Assembly: GCF_000981445.1 (NCBI RefSeq)
Contig: NC_027217.1
Coordinates: 558,001-622,000 of the forward strand
Reading direction: 5' to 3'
From: Babesia bigemina
Lineage: Eukaryota
Length of the DNA stretch: 64,000 nt
Shown piece by piece: positions 35,486-47,383 of the stretch. Every line of letters begins with the position of its first letter. Positions within the stretch are counted from its first letter, which is position 1. Below the pieces are notes generated by a model. It saw nothing but the letters and a program-made list of their open reading frames with translations. It did no database searches and was not told where the DNA came from. A program made the translations under genes and the position numbers.

Positions 35486-38400
35486 CCGCGGCCGTCCTCA
35501 CGATGCAGAAACCACTCGCGGTTGGACTTGGACTGTATCTTAATGTCCTGCATACGTATTAGCGAGCCCGATAGTGGGCGCGGCAACGCCGCAAACGCAC
35601 GAACCACTCAGTGAAACGCCAATAGCACGCTTGTAGTAGCTAAACAAACACTAGCATGTAACACCGAACCGCGCAAAACCCACCATGGCCGTGGTAGACG
35701 GGTTGGCCTCCACCCGTTTGAGCTTAATCACCTTTTGGTCACGCTTGCCGCTGTGCAGCAGAGTGCCCAAGAGGCCAGACGACGAACAGTTCCAGATCAC
35801 CAAGCACGGTGGGTCCCTGTAGTACGCGGCGATGTAGTCGCCGGTCGAGCTGAAGGCGAGCGACGCCACCCCCTTTATGTCGCCGCCCAGGATCCGGCAC
35901 TTGGTGGCGGTGCGCAGGTCGTAGATCACCACGTGGCCGCTCACGGAACCGACTGCGAACCTCTGAGTGTCCTGGTAGAAGGCCGCCATCGGGAAATTCT
36001 TCACCAGTTGGAACAGCGCCGACGTGGCCGATTTCAGCATCAGCATGCGAACGCTGCTGTCAGACGGGTCGAGGCAACGCACCACGATCACCACGACGTC
36101 GGGAAGATGCTCGACCACGCGGTCACGATTTTCGGTCACGAACTCCAGCAGCAGTTTCACGGAGGTCTCGATGTACCACTTGTCCACGCGTCGCTCGCGC
36201 ACAATCCACCGTATGATGCGGATCATCAGGCTCGTATCCAGTAAGTAGCACCTCCGCAGAATGGAGAGCCAGTGCTCGCTCCTGCTGGAACGGTACAGCG
36301 ACAGCGCGCTCATCACGAACTGCGCAGACGAGAGATGCTTGCCGTCCGACGACTGGTACAGCGACCGCGCCAGCGCGTGCACGCGATTCTTGCCGAAGGA
36401 CGCCGGCAAGATGCGCGAGCTGTCCAACGACTTCAGGGTCCACACCGACGCGAACCCGCTGGCGAACATCTCGAGGCAGTACGCGCGCGGGTCGAAGATG
36501 CGGTCCTCAGGCGGGTAGTCCCCGCTGGCACGAGGGGCCTCCTCGACGGGCAGCATGTGGCGGAACATCAGCTGCGACACGTAATCCGCGAACGTCTGGA
36601 TCTTGTCACCAGCGCAAACGTAGTTGCACAGCGCGGACAAACGCTTGTCGGTTGTGATCATCACCAGGAGGAGCAGCGACGCGTCTTCCTGCCACGGGGG
36701 TGGCGGCGCCAGCTCAGACGCGTAGCCCACATCCACGAAGTGCGCAGGCTGCAGACAGAACCCGCAGCGCCGGCCGAAGCTGAACGTTGTCGCGTGGCAG
36801 CGGCAGACCCGCATCTCCGGAAACGGCACGCGCGACCCACTCTTGGTGTGGAAGCAACGCAGCGCCGACAAGGCGCGGCACACGTGGAAGTAGAGGTCGT
36901 CGCACGACAGCTGCCTCAGGCTGCCCAACACCGAGTTCGAAAGCAAGGCGTATCCCGTTTTGCAAGTGCACAACACAAGCAGGTGCAGCAGCAGCCAGGC
37001 GTCAGACGAGCCCTCCCAGTAGGAGCCACCCTTCGAATTCGCGTGGAAGCCAACAACCAGGTCCCTGATGTACATGCAGGTCGAGTAGTACCTGTTGCAC
37101 TTGCTGGCCGAAAACCGGCGCAGCGGCGCGGCGATCTTGCGCTCGTCGAACATGCAGGGGAACGTGAAGCTGCGGCGGATGCCGGGCCACCTGGTCTCCT
37201 TGTGCAGGTAGTCGTTCGCAAAATAGGTAGTGACGGACAAGTTGCGGTGGACATGGGGCTGCGAATCATCCGGCTTCGTTTTGCGATAGCGCAGCGGAAT
37301 GGAAACGGTGCCGGGCGGTATGCCCAAGTAGCACACGGCGCCGTCATCCTTCAACTTCGGCATGAGTGAGCCGCCGCTGCCGCTCAGGTGCGACAAGACT
37401 TTCTGAAGAGGGAACAACACCAGCGGAACCGAATGGGATACCGTAGGAACGGTCCTAGGGTTGGCCTCGTGCGAAGAAGAACGGCAGAAGCGGCTGCAGG
37501 CTGCGCGGAAACCGGAATGGACATGCCCACGCCGACGGCGGATCGTTACCCTCCACAAGTTGTGCATGTGCCGTGGTTGGCCATGCTGACGAAGCATCTT
37601 TGCGCAAAATCTCGACGGATGCTTGTTGGACGACCTTTTATACACGTCTTCCGGAGCTTCGCGACCAACGTCAGAGTCTGACGACGGAGACACGCAGAAT
37701 TCCATGCGCAAGAAGGACATGTGCAGCGACATTGACACCCGCTTCTTGAAGCACTTCTCCTGGAAAACGCACGGAGCCAACAAATCGTGAGGTTGTCGGT
37801 GCTCAAGATAAAGCCTATGGTGCTCCTCCGTGTGTGGGCTTGCGGTCGCTGAGGTCCATTCGGTCGTCAGGAACGATGTCAGCGTGCTGGCGAGGGTGAT
37901 GCCCGGCTGCTTCCGGTCCAACTCGGCGGTGGTGCCGCTTGACACCCAGACGGCCTGGCGATAGGTCGCCAGGTACGGCAGGGAACGCAGAAACCGGCCG
38001 TCGGTTATGCGCCACAGCAGTATTTTGCGATTAGTGAGCACGTATAACGTCTCCGTATCCCGGTTCAGCGCGACACGCTCAATGGGGAACTCCAGCAGCT
38101 CGACGCTGCGCTGCATTCGCTGGATGCCACGGCGCTCGGACGACAACGAGACGTAGTGCTCGAACGACCCCCGCGACGAACATTGGGGCTCATCATCGTC
38201 TGAAATGCTCGCATCTGAGTAAATGTCCCTCTCGTCGATGGCGGGGCGGAGGCTATCCTCCGACAGCTCGTTCAACAACACCGGCAGCTGCACCAGCACC
38301 AAGAACCCATCTCTGTCAACGCTCAAGTACGTGTCTTCAATCTCGTTCAGCACCGCATCGGTGTTTTTCGGCCCGTAGAACGCAATGGAGAACACGCTAT

Positions 38401-40525
38401 GCACGGCAGTCACGGGAGCGCGGTGGAAGTCACACAAGACCGCGCTCAACTCGAACGAAGTGAGCGAGTAGACCATCATGCAAGACGCCCCAGTGCAAGC
38501 CACCAGGTAGCTGGACCCGAGGCAGTGCAGCAGAGTGCGCCCTGTATGGTGCGATGCCGATGCCGAGTTTGCCGACGGGGACGCAGCTAACCACTCCATC
38601 ACCTTGGATCCAGGCAACGCCACGGGCCTCAATCGGTACCCGCCAGACATCATCAGCATGCATTCCTCGATGGCACGGCAGGATCCGAGCTCACGCGTGA
38701 CGCCCCTCGCAACGTTGGTGCAGGACAAGGACCCGCAGCGCAGCATGTCCACGCGTTGCAGGAAATCGCCGTCGTGGAAAAGAGCCGAGCTCACAACGCC
38801 GTCAGCATGCCTGGAGAAACAGTCGGAGAGTAGCGAAGACGTGCAAATGCGCAACCACGACTTGTGGCGAGGCATCCCTATGCAGATGTCGCCAGCGGAT
38901 GTCCGCCGAAACAGGCGAAACCGAAGCGAGGAGCTTGCGTTCTTGGAGAAGTCCAAGTCATCGTGATGACGCGAACCCAGACTGGCGTGCACGTGGATAC
39001 ACTCGTCCGAACGTGAAGGCGTGATGAAGGCAGGGAGCTGGTGGTTGGCCACTAGCTGGAACGGTTTGCTGGGTGAGTAGACGTCGGGGACGGAGAAAAT
39101 CGACACCCGGCCGCTGTCCACCCATGCCGCCAACAGCGTGAGGTCTTGGGACACTCGCACGCATTCGAACCCGCGCCACGGAGACTCGATAGACACGCCG
39201 TCGGCTCCAAGGCTTAGCAACTCGGCCACGCGAGTCAGCGAGCCGTCGGTGTCGTAGTACCAAACCAGAATGCGCACGTCCAACATCAAGAACACGTAGC
39301 GGTCCACCGTGACCAGATCGCTTGCCGCGTCTTTGAGCTCCGGAATCCACTCGCGCAACGTGGGAAACTCAGCATCAGCCTCCACACCGCCATTCTTCGA
39401 CACCACGCCTTTGCTGGACGCGCCCGCCTTCGTTGGCGAGTGGCGGCCCCGGAATATGCCGCGATGCACGTGGTGGGGGCGCCTGTGAAGGTTAATGAAC
39501 TGCTCGTTTTGCCTGTCCCAACGGGTGACAACCGCGATGGGGCCGCCGGCCACGCCATGCTTCTGCTTGTAATTCATGATGGGCTCCGTTAGGTCCCACA
39601 CCACAAGCTCCTGGTTGTCTAGCAACGCGGAGAGCAGTATGGGCGAAATGAGCGTGATTTGATCAGCTCGGTCGCCGGGGCCCGGCCCGTGGCGCAGATC
39701 AGCGGTCACGTCATCCAGCGCAAACGGACAGTCTGAAGGGACAAGGCCGGATTGCGCCCGCAGAATGCGGCGGGGCTTAGTGTACACGGGTTGGTTGTGG
39801 GCCGAACGCGGCGACATACTGAACTTGTCGGCGTTGGAGGTGTCCATGGCCAGGTAGCTGCATGCCGCCTCGCCAGCAGCGGACTCGTGCGCGCGGCTTG
39901 GATAAGTGACCTTGTCGAAGTAGCACGATCCATCCAAATCCAGCATCCCAATCAACTTTATGCGCCACAGATCTATCACGTTGATCTTCGTGCGCCCGAC
40001 CAGAGCCACGAAACGGTCGTCCGGCAGCACGCACATCCGCTTGATGGCGAACGGGGGCCCCTTCACCTTGTTCAAACAACGGCAGTCCACCAGCGACCAA
40101 ATGGCGATGCTGTTGTCCCTGTGAAGCGACACTAGCACCTCCTCGGCCTTCTCCACGCCGCAGTAGCTGCTGATCACGCGGTGCGACGAGTGATGCAGCG
40201 ACGACAGCGGGCGCGAACCGCTGGCAAACGCCACCTGCACCACGGGGAATGCGATAGGGTTGTTGCTCGCGACCAGCAAAAAGTACGGGTCCAGTGACAC
40301 GTCCGCAGTGCTCTCATACGCCTCCTTGAACCGCCGGATGGACAGCGGGCAGCGGCGGCGTGGTTGGCGCCGCCGCCGGACCTTCCACAAAACGACATAG
40401 CCCTGCCGAGTGCCTGAGGCCAAAAAGCTTCCGTCGCCGCTCAGAGCAGTGCACGTCACATCGCAGCGCCAGCGCAGGTCGGGGAACAGACAGTTGCCGA
40501 TGCTCACGCAGTTGCGATCCATCAT
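35467..40525 (-). CDS. WDR7: WDR7 / rabconnectin-3 beta-like WD40 protein; spliced terminal exon 35467-35547
   Basis: 1671-aa ORF with VTCTALSGDGSFLASGTRQGYVVLW and CLDPSD..VR..LVKNFPM..TQRFAVGS..IYDLRTA. Phase-0 donor at 35683 and a last exon DIKIQSKSNREWFLHREDGRGYMVSI*. Start uncertain. Confidence 0.75.
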
Positions 40526-40981
40526 TGCCCAGGCCGAGGTCGACGCAGGCCACGCTGCAGGCACCGGAGGAGCGTCCACCTGCCACCGCAGACTGACGAA
40601 TCGCCAACCCACGGGCAGGCTTGGCGATATATAACCATCATCGGCCGTATGCCGGAAAGCAACCAAGTGTCCACGGAGAGGTGCTCAGCCCTGCAGAGGA
40701 TCCTTCACATCGGCCGAATTTTTAACACAATCCAGCAAGAGTCCGCGAAACAGTCCATAAAAACGACTGAGAACCAAGCGGTCTTCATTGAGCTCCGACG
40801 CTGCAGTGGCTGCGCCGAGAGTCAGCGGAAGGCAACACACCGGCATCCGACAAAATCAGCCGCGTTTTTGCGACCAATTTTTGCATTAACTGCATTTCCT
40901 AATCAACATACAGCAAAACCATTAAATAAGAGGCGGATGTGTAGGTGAATCGGCCCATATCATATGCACAATCGAAGCTGT

Positions 40982-40987
40982 AAAAAA
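40982..40987 (-). terminator. Pol III oligo-T terminator of tRNA-Gly
   Basis: T6 run 3 nt after the discriminator base. Confidence 0.75.
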
Positions 40988-40990
40988 TGG

Positions 40991-41061
40991 TGCATCTGCC
41001 GGGAATCGAACCCGGGTCGCCTCGATGGCAACGAGGCATTCTACCACTAGACCACAGATGC
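40991..41061 (-). tRNA. tRNA-Gly: tRNA-Gly (GCC)
   Basis: GCATCTGTGGTCTAGTGGTAGAATGCCTCGTTGCCATCGAGGCGACCCGGGTTCGATTCCCGGCAGATGCA: acceptor stem GCATCTG/CAGATGC, anticodon stem CCTCG/CGAGG around GCC, T-loop GTTCGATTC. Confidence 0.97.
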
Positions 41062-41355
41062 TACGATCGATATTCGTAACTCAATTCCATATTTCCATGT
41101 GACCTCGATTTGACGTCTTGACGTCGCCTTCCGTGGCCGCAAGCGCATATGCCATTACCCACACACCGGGGAGGACTGCTCCCAGAACGCCAAGAGCACT
41201 CCAGCATCTGATGGTGTAGCAGGAAAACGTGATTTGGCACAATCTTACCGGTGAAATATCGTTGCAGATGCAGCGTTGTCACTAGCTCCGTTACGGCTGC
41301 TGGGTACACATATGACATTAATTTCGCGCCTTCCACGGTTTCCTGAAACTTGAAC

Positions 41356-42341
41356 ATGGAGGAGGACAACATAGAGCCCAGGGAGCTCGAAATTCTTCCC
41401 ATGAAACTCGTAAGACAGTGACAGTATGCTTGCAAGCGTTGCAGGTGCAGACAGCGCTGCAGAAGGGACTGCTGGATAGAGCGGCCCTCAGCGGCGTCGA
41501 AGCGTCCACAGTGAAGGGCGGCAAGAAGCACACGGCGATTCGAAACAGAAAGTTCAGCAGAGATGCTGTCAACGTCCTCAATCGAGCGGCGTCATTATTC
41601 GTCCTGTACATCACAACCGTCGCCCAGGATATCGCAAAAACAAAAAAGAGGTGGGACGTTTTGACAGAATTGTGCACGGTATGCAGGGCGACTGTGTACG
41701 AGACGGACATCCTGGAGGCGCTCAAATCATGCCTCTTCTGGGAAATCGAACGGGAGATGTCCGAGGAGATGGTCGCCGTGAACGAGCTGATAAAAATTAG
41801 ACAGGCTCAAATATTGCGTGAACAAAAACACGAGGCGGATACCGAAATAGTCGCAAACGATGATAATAACGCGGAGGCACACGATGCGGTCGACAAGCAT
41901 GATGAGGAGTACCACTCGGACTTGGACGCCGCTCCTGTCGACGAACTAGAGGGGGCATTCGACTACGACCAATTCCCCGAGATGGATGCAACGGCACAGG
42001 TAGAATATACGTCGGACGAGCAAGTCACAGACGCAATCGAGCCCGAAATGCCTGAGCACGACGGTGGCACCCACGATTATGATATGCTTGGTGCAGACGA
42101 CCACAGCGATGCTGCGCATGGGCCTAAACTCCCGGACTACACGGAGGACACCGTTATGGCTGATAACGGCGATGCCAATCACGCTGCAAACACAACCACA
42201 TCCTGCGGCGGGCCCACGCAGCTAGACGACATGGAAGTGTCGATGGAGTTCCCCGACGAGCACACTCAGCTGGTGGATGATGACCCTTCGCAGGCGATAG
42301 AAACGGAGGAGATGCAAGACGCTTCGACACAGGTTTGGTGA
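41356..42341 (+). CDS. POLE3: Histone-fold protein, DNA polymerase epsilon subunit 3 / Dpb4 / NF-YB-like, with acidic tail; 2 short introns
   Basis: ATG at 41356 (..EILPMKL|VQTAL), FSRDAVNVLNRAASLFVLYITTVAQDIAKTKKR|ATVYETDILEAL. Confidence 0.75.
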
Positions 42342-42488
42342 CCTACGCAAGAAGTGGAAAGTACCAGCGCACAACCTCAGCCAACAAACATGGTGCCGCA
42401 GCAGAGGCGATGAACTGCCGAATACCGAGCTTTGGCCACTAATGCAGGCATGATTAGGTGCCACTTGGCTTAAATATTACCGATAATC

Positions 42489-43569
42489 TTAGTTAAAGTT
42501 TAGGTCGAACTTGAGGCGCTCAATCTCGAAGCGAGCTTCGGTGAATGCGCTCACGAGCGATGCGATCTGGATGTACGGACTGGCGCCCGCAGACATGCGC
42601 TGTTCGATATCTGCCAGGCGAATGAGCAGCTGGACCACGACCACGTTAGGCCAGTCGATGCGCAGAATGGCGCGGTAGAGGGCCATGACAATGTCCTCCA
42701 CGGAGTAGCCCTGGGCCTGGTGCAGGGAGGTGACGTGCTCCACACATGCCTTGAAGGGGTCCTGCATCAGCCGCTGTAGCAGAACGTTAACCTCAGACAG
42801 CTTAGGCAGACCAGCCGTTGCCAGCACCGCATCGCTGTCTATCACCTTGTCGGGGGTGGAACCGAGGGACATGGCAGTGACCTGCAGACAGTTCAGAACG
42901 CGACGCATGTCGCCCTGGCCAACCTCGGCCAACGTGTCCAACGCGCAATCTGATACGTTCAGGCCCTCTAATTTCGCAATTTCGGCGGTGCGGCGCTTCA
43001 CCACCTCGGCCTTGAGAGGGGGGAAGCGGAACCCGGTGCAACGTGACTGGATGGGAGCAATGATCTTGTTCATGAAGTTGCAAATCAGGCAGAACCGCAC
43101 GTTCGACGAGTAAATCTCCATAATGCGGCGCAGAGAATTCTGCGCCGCATTCGTCATCTGGTCGGCTTCGTCCAAAATGATCAGCTTGAGGTTGGTGCGC
43201 GGGCCGGACTCCGAGCCCACGACGCCGCTCGAAAAGGAGTTAGACGTTTCGGAGAAAGTCTTTATCTGCTCCCTGACGGTCTCTATGCCTCTCTCGTCGG
43301 ACGCGTTCAGTTCCATCACGTACGAGTTGCGGTGTGACCCGTAGAGGAACCGCGACACCGCCAATATCGTAGACGTCTTACCAGTGCCTGCACATTGTCA
43401 ACGAACCGCGCAAGCACCTACCTGGTGGGCCGTGAAATAACAGGTGCGGCAACTGCCCCTTCTCAGTGAAGATCATCAGGGTAGAGATGATGTCTTCGTG
43501 AGAAATGATGTCGTCGAACGACTCCGGGCGATACTTCTCCACCCAGGGAGCGCCCAAAGCGACACTCAT
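42489..43569 (-). CDS. RFC5: Replication factor C small subunit (human RFC5 / yeast Rfc3 type), 2 exons
   Basis: PWVEKYRP, HLLFHGPP, intron 43388-43421, GTGKTS, ELNASDERGI, LIILDEADQMT, IQSRC, GDMRRVLN. Confidence 0.9.
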
Positions 43570-43778
43570 CTTGATGAGATACTGCTTTGAGTGATTTAAA
43601 ACGGCAATTTGATGCGATGATGGCGAAAATGTTGGCTGTTCCGCCAACACGTCTAGAGCAACCGCCCAGACACACCCGCGTGGAAGGTGGGCAAACGCGC
43701 CCAAAAATCACAAACGCGTAAGCTTAATGATCGCGAAGTGAAAACATTTGTTTTAATGCGTCGGAAGAACGCGCATTG

Positions 43779-45382
43779 ATGGACGGCTTCATTGCTCTGG
43801 AATCTGCGGAAGGTAAGCAGACGCCGCGGAAAGAAGGACGACTTGCAGTTCTGCCATAACCCAGTTTCATCCATCTACAGATCTACTCATACAGAAGCTG
43901 CATAGAGCTGCCGTAGCAGCCGGACAGCCATGCACCCTAATTAGCCTGAAGACACTAAGGAAGCTCCCACCTGAAGGTATGGTTGCTTTTCCGTGCGTGT
44001 CACTCTTCCCCTAGCTGACGCCGCCAAGTTCGTGCTCAAGTTAGTCGCGGTACGCAGCTGCTTGTTGGAAGGCAACACAATTGTGTAGGACCTTGTAGAG
44101 CAGCTGGCTGAAAAGACACAAGCGGTGCTGCTGCTAGACGAATTCGATGTATGGGGGCCAATAAAACGAATTAAGGTACGCTGCCCTCTAACATATCATC
44201 ACTTCGATTAAGGCTGCGGAAGAGGAAGGAGATTCGTCGGACTTTTACAGTGCAAACAAGCTTCCGCAGGGAGGAGCATCATCGCAAAACGGGCACAGCA
44301 ACGACGCTTCGACAGGAAGTTGGGGGCATGATGTCGTTCATGAGAGAGGAGTCGATGAGAAAATAGCAAAAACAAAACTATCCTGGGTCTACAGGGTGCT
44401 GTATCTACTCAAACACTCGCTGAGCTGCAGACTGCTGAATGACGGACGTCGTCTTGTATGCATAGCGATATACGCTCATCCAACAGCGACAAAGTCATTT
44501 TTCGGAGATATTTTTCATCATACCTACGAGGGGGTGAAATTTATAAGGGAATTGGGCTACCTGAAGCTGGGGTTAGCAATTTCGCTACCAACCGAGGAAG
44601 AAACGGACGAGTGCTCAAAGGTAATAGAAACAGGGCAACACACGGATGACACGGGGGATTGTGTATTAAACGCCCATCTGAGAGTCAAGCCGATTAGTCA
44701 CAACAAAAATGGAGTGACGGTAAACACTGATGCTTTGCAACGAGACATACCATTCAACGTCAGTTGCGGGCAAATAGTGCTCTCGAGGATAACGTTAATC
44801 TGTGGAGAACAGGCATCCGGCAAAACAACGCTGCTAAACGCAATATTCAGGGCGTGGGTGCAAGGTGAAGCCATCGGGTTCAGCGACACAGCAAATTGCG
44901 AGCCTGGTGCCACCGAAATTAAATATGCGGCAGGCAATCAATGGAAGGATTACATATACCCTGACGCTGAAGGGAGTTATGTACAAAGTAAAGACGCCCT
45001 TGATCGAAACAGTGAACAAAAGTTAGATAAAAAACGCTCGGGTGAGGTGATTCGTTCCGCATACAAGCTGGAATACTACAACATAGTCAGCCAGTACGTT
45101 GGATGCGGAGAGAGCTACCTGAGGAGCACGTTTCAACGGGCTAGAAACAACAGACCTGCTCTGGTAGTCATAGACCAGGTTGAGTTGTTGTTTCAAAACA
45201 GCGATCCGGATAACGAAGACAGGCAGGGCTTCTCGACCCTCGCAAGGACACTCATTAATGAGTTACATGCACTAGATGGAGGGGTGGCCTTCGTTGCAGC
45301 AACCAGCGGAAATGTCGCACCCGAACAACTACCAAGTGCTCTGAAAACGTTGCCGCATAACTGTATTGTGCTACAAAGGTAA
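43779..45382 (+). CDS. Divergent AAA+ ATPase-like protein (two degenerate modules), multi-exon 5' part; start tentative
   Basis: Upstream exon with Walker-B-like VLLLDEFD (~44125-44148). Main exon has GEQASGKTTL, SQYVGCGESYLRSTFQRARNNRPALVVIDQVE. Confidence 0.6.
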
Positions 45383-45396
45383 CGTGGTAGGGAAAC

Positions 45397-47214
45397 ATGC
45401 AGCTGATTGCTGCGTGCGGCGGCATACTCGCCTCGTATTCGTTCGTTGCTAACCTTGGGAGGATGAACGCTACAATGCCTAGAAGGCACCCAATGTGCGC
45501 CATGAGATTGGGCGGTATAAACTCCTCTAGCGTGTTCAAGGAAGCAGAAGAACTGCTCTCAGAATTACCGGCGCAGACTACGGTGCCCCCATCGCCCTTA
45601 AAACACAGACGAGAGATGCTCACTCCTAAATATTCCAATGTCACTCAGGATGCCGGTTCCGTGGAGGACGACGACTGGTATACCAACGATGTCGCGAAAC
45701 GGAATATACAGAACATCATAAATTCTACAATAGGGGGCAGGAGGAATACCAACAGGCAGCATGCTGCCGGAAAAGCGGTTCAGCAACCGAAAAAGAATCG
45801 CAAAAAATACGGCCCTGGAAAACCGGTGGATATGAAGATTTGGATGAATATTGGCACCAACGACCTTCTCACCAGGTGCAAAAGGGCACGTAAGTTCTTG
45901 GAGGATGGCATTCCCATCATGTTCAAAATCGAGGGGCAGGGTCACGCTGAGAATTACATGACCCACGGGCGGCTTATCGTGAATACAGCCATGAGCGTCC
46001 TCTCAGACGTGGCTAAATTAGGAGGCGACCTGCAGATACATACTAACTTTCTGTCGCAGATATTCAACCCTCTTGTTACTGTAAAACGAAACGCAAGCAC
46101 GCAACATGTGGATGCGAAACATCGTGATGCTGTTGAGGTGCCGGGAAGTGTAACTGGCAGCATGGTAAATGGTTTATCGGAACCGTCTGGAAGAACTGGA
46201 ATGACGAGAACCGTGGAACCAGCGAAGCCGGCAACGCAAGGTCCACACGGCACTATTCCGACAGTATGGGGCCAAAAAAATGTACAACATTTGTCAGCAA
46301 CTACGTTTAAGCCAGATGGTTCCACAGGAAGGTCTGGTGGGGTGAACCAACGTTGGACAGAAGCTGCTGATGCGTGCTATTCGGATTCTCGGTTGCCTCC
46401 AGTACATGGTTACGATAACACAACACCAAATGACCATTCACATTTTGCAAGGAGTGCTCCACAAACTGGTATATTCACTGCAACGACTGTTCAGACCACT
46501 AGGGACGCTGCAAGACATAATGCTCCAGAATCATATCAACTGGCGAACAGTACCCTTGCAGTGGAAACTCGTATTTCAGATGGAGAAACAATGGTGCAGC
46601 TTAAATCGCAAAATTCAGGTGGTAATGCCGAGCATGCGGGGGTACCTGATCCAAAACTAACACAGGTTAAGGGAGTTGGCAAGGATAAGTCCGCCTCGAA
46701 ATTTATGACCATTGAAAAACCCACACAGGTCCTTACAGCAAATACGAGTCCAACGGCCAACAACGATGTTATGCTCAAGCGATTCATCGAAATGCGTTCT
46801 GGAACAATGCCCCGTCCGGCTGCGGCACCTCCTGTCCCGAATGTGATGGCAAACGCTCCACCGCCGCCCGTCCAATCCGCTGCTTCTAACCCAATTCCAC
46901 CGTATGTTACGCAGTTACAAAGGCCAAGGATAGAGGTGCCATACGTGTCGCATCAAACAATCCATCATCCGTACAATGGGGGCTATGCCGGGCAAAATTA
47001 CAACTTCGCATACGAACGGGCATCTAGGCCGATGCCCCTCGCACAGTCACCTCCGGCACCTGTGAATTCAGAAACGAGATGGCCTTATACGTCTAACCCG
47101 AGTCGCAGCACCACACCAGCGGTCACCAACACGCAACGTCTGAGCATCGGTACAGAAAAGACGGGTAATGGGGCCAAATCCCGGTGGATTGTGTTAGACA
47201 AAGATAACCCTTGA
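45397..47214 (+). CDS. Organellar translation initiation factor IF3-like protein with long low-complexity C-terminal extension
   Basis: DMKIWMNIGTNDLLTRCKRARKFLEDGIPIMFKI resembles the IF3 C-domain. Arg-rich N-terminus; the remaining C-terminal part is T/P/S-rich. Confidence 0.55.
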   Translation: MQLIAACGGILASYSFVANLGRMNATMPRRHPMCAMRLGGINSSSVFKEAEELLSELPAQTTVPPSPLKHRREMLTPKYSNVTQDAGSVEDDDWYTNDVAKRNIQNIINSTIGGRRNTNRQHAAGKAVQQPKKNRKKYGPGKPVDMKIWMNIGTNDLLTRCKRARKFLEDGIPIMFKIEGQGHAENYMTHGRLIVNTAMSVLSDVAKLGGDLQIHTNFLSQIFNPLVTVKRNASTQHVDAKHRDAVEVPGSVTGSMVNGLSEPSGRTGMTRTVEPAKPATQGPHGTIPTVWGQKNVQHLSATTFKPDGSTGRSGGVNQRWTEAADACYSDSRLPPVHGYDNTTPNDHSHFARSAPQTGIFTATTVQTTRDAARHNAPESYQLANSTLAVETRISDGETMVQLKSQNSGGNAEHAGVPDPKLTQVKGVGKDKSASKFMTIEKPTQVLTANTSPTANNDVMLKRFIEMRSGTMPRPAAAPPVPNVMANAPPPPVQSAASNPIPPYVTQLQRPRIEVPYVSHQTIHHPYNGGYAGQNYNFAYERASRPMPLAQSPPAPVNSETRWPYTSNPSRSTTPAVTNTQRLSIGTEKTGNGAKSRWIVLDKDNP

Positions 47215-47383
47215 TAAATCACTTATCATGTATTGCCCTATTTATGTACTGTTCTTCTTCATGTTCAGTATTGCGTTTGAGCAGGGCAGCGATCAATGAC
47301 ACGCATGATAGCACACAAACAAACGACATGGGCATCATGTCTCCACATTAAAGCGCAGTCAACTAGATAATGCACCGCTACAT

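Noticed and set aside
6655..40525. Apparent clustering of membrane-trafficking genes (TRAPPC13, FERRY3-like, TBC, WDR7) and of splicing genes
   Set aside because: Interspersed with unrelated genes on mixed strands; these classes are common, so chance is sufficient.
17000..41000. Numerous overlapping 60-370-aa alternative-frame ORFs
   Set aside because: Explained by high GC and stop-codon scarcity within long genuine CDSs.
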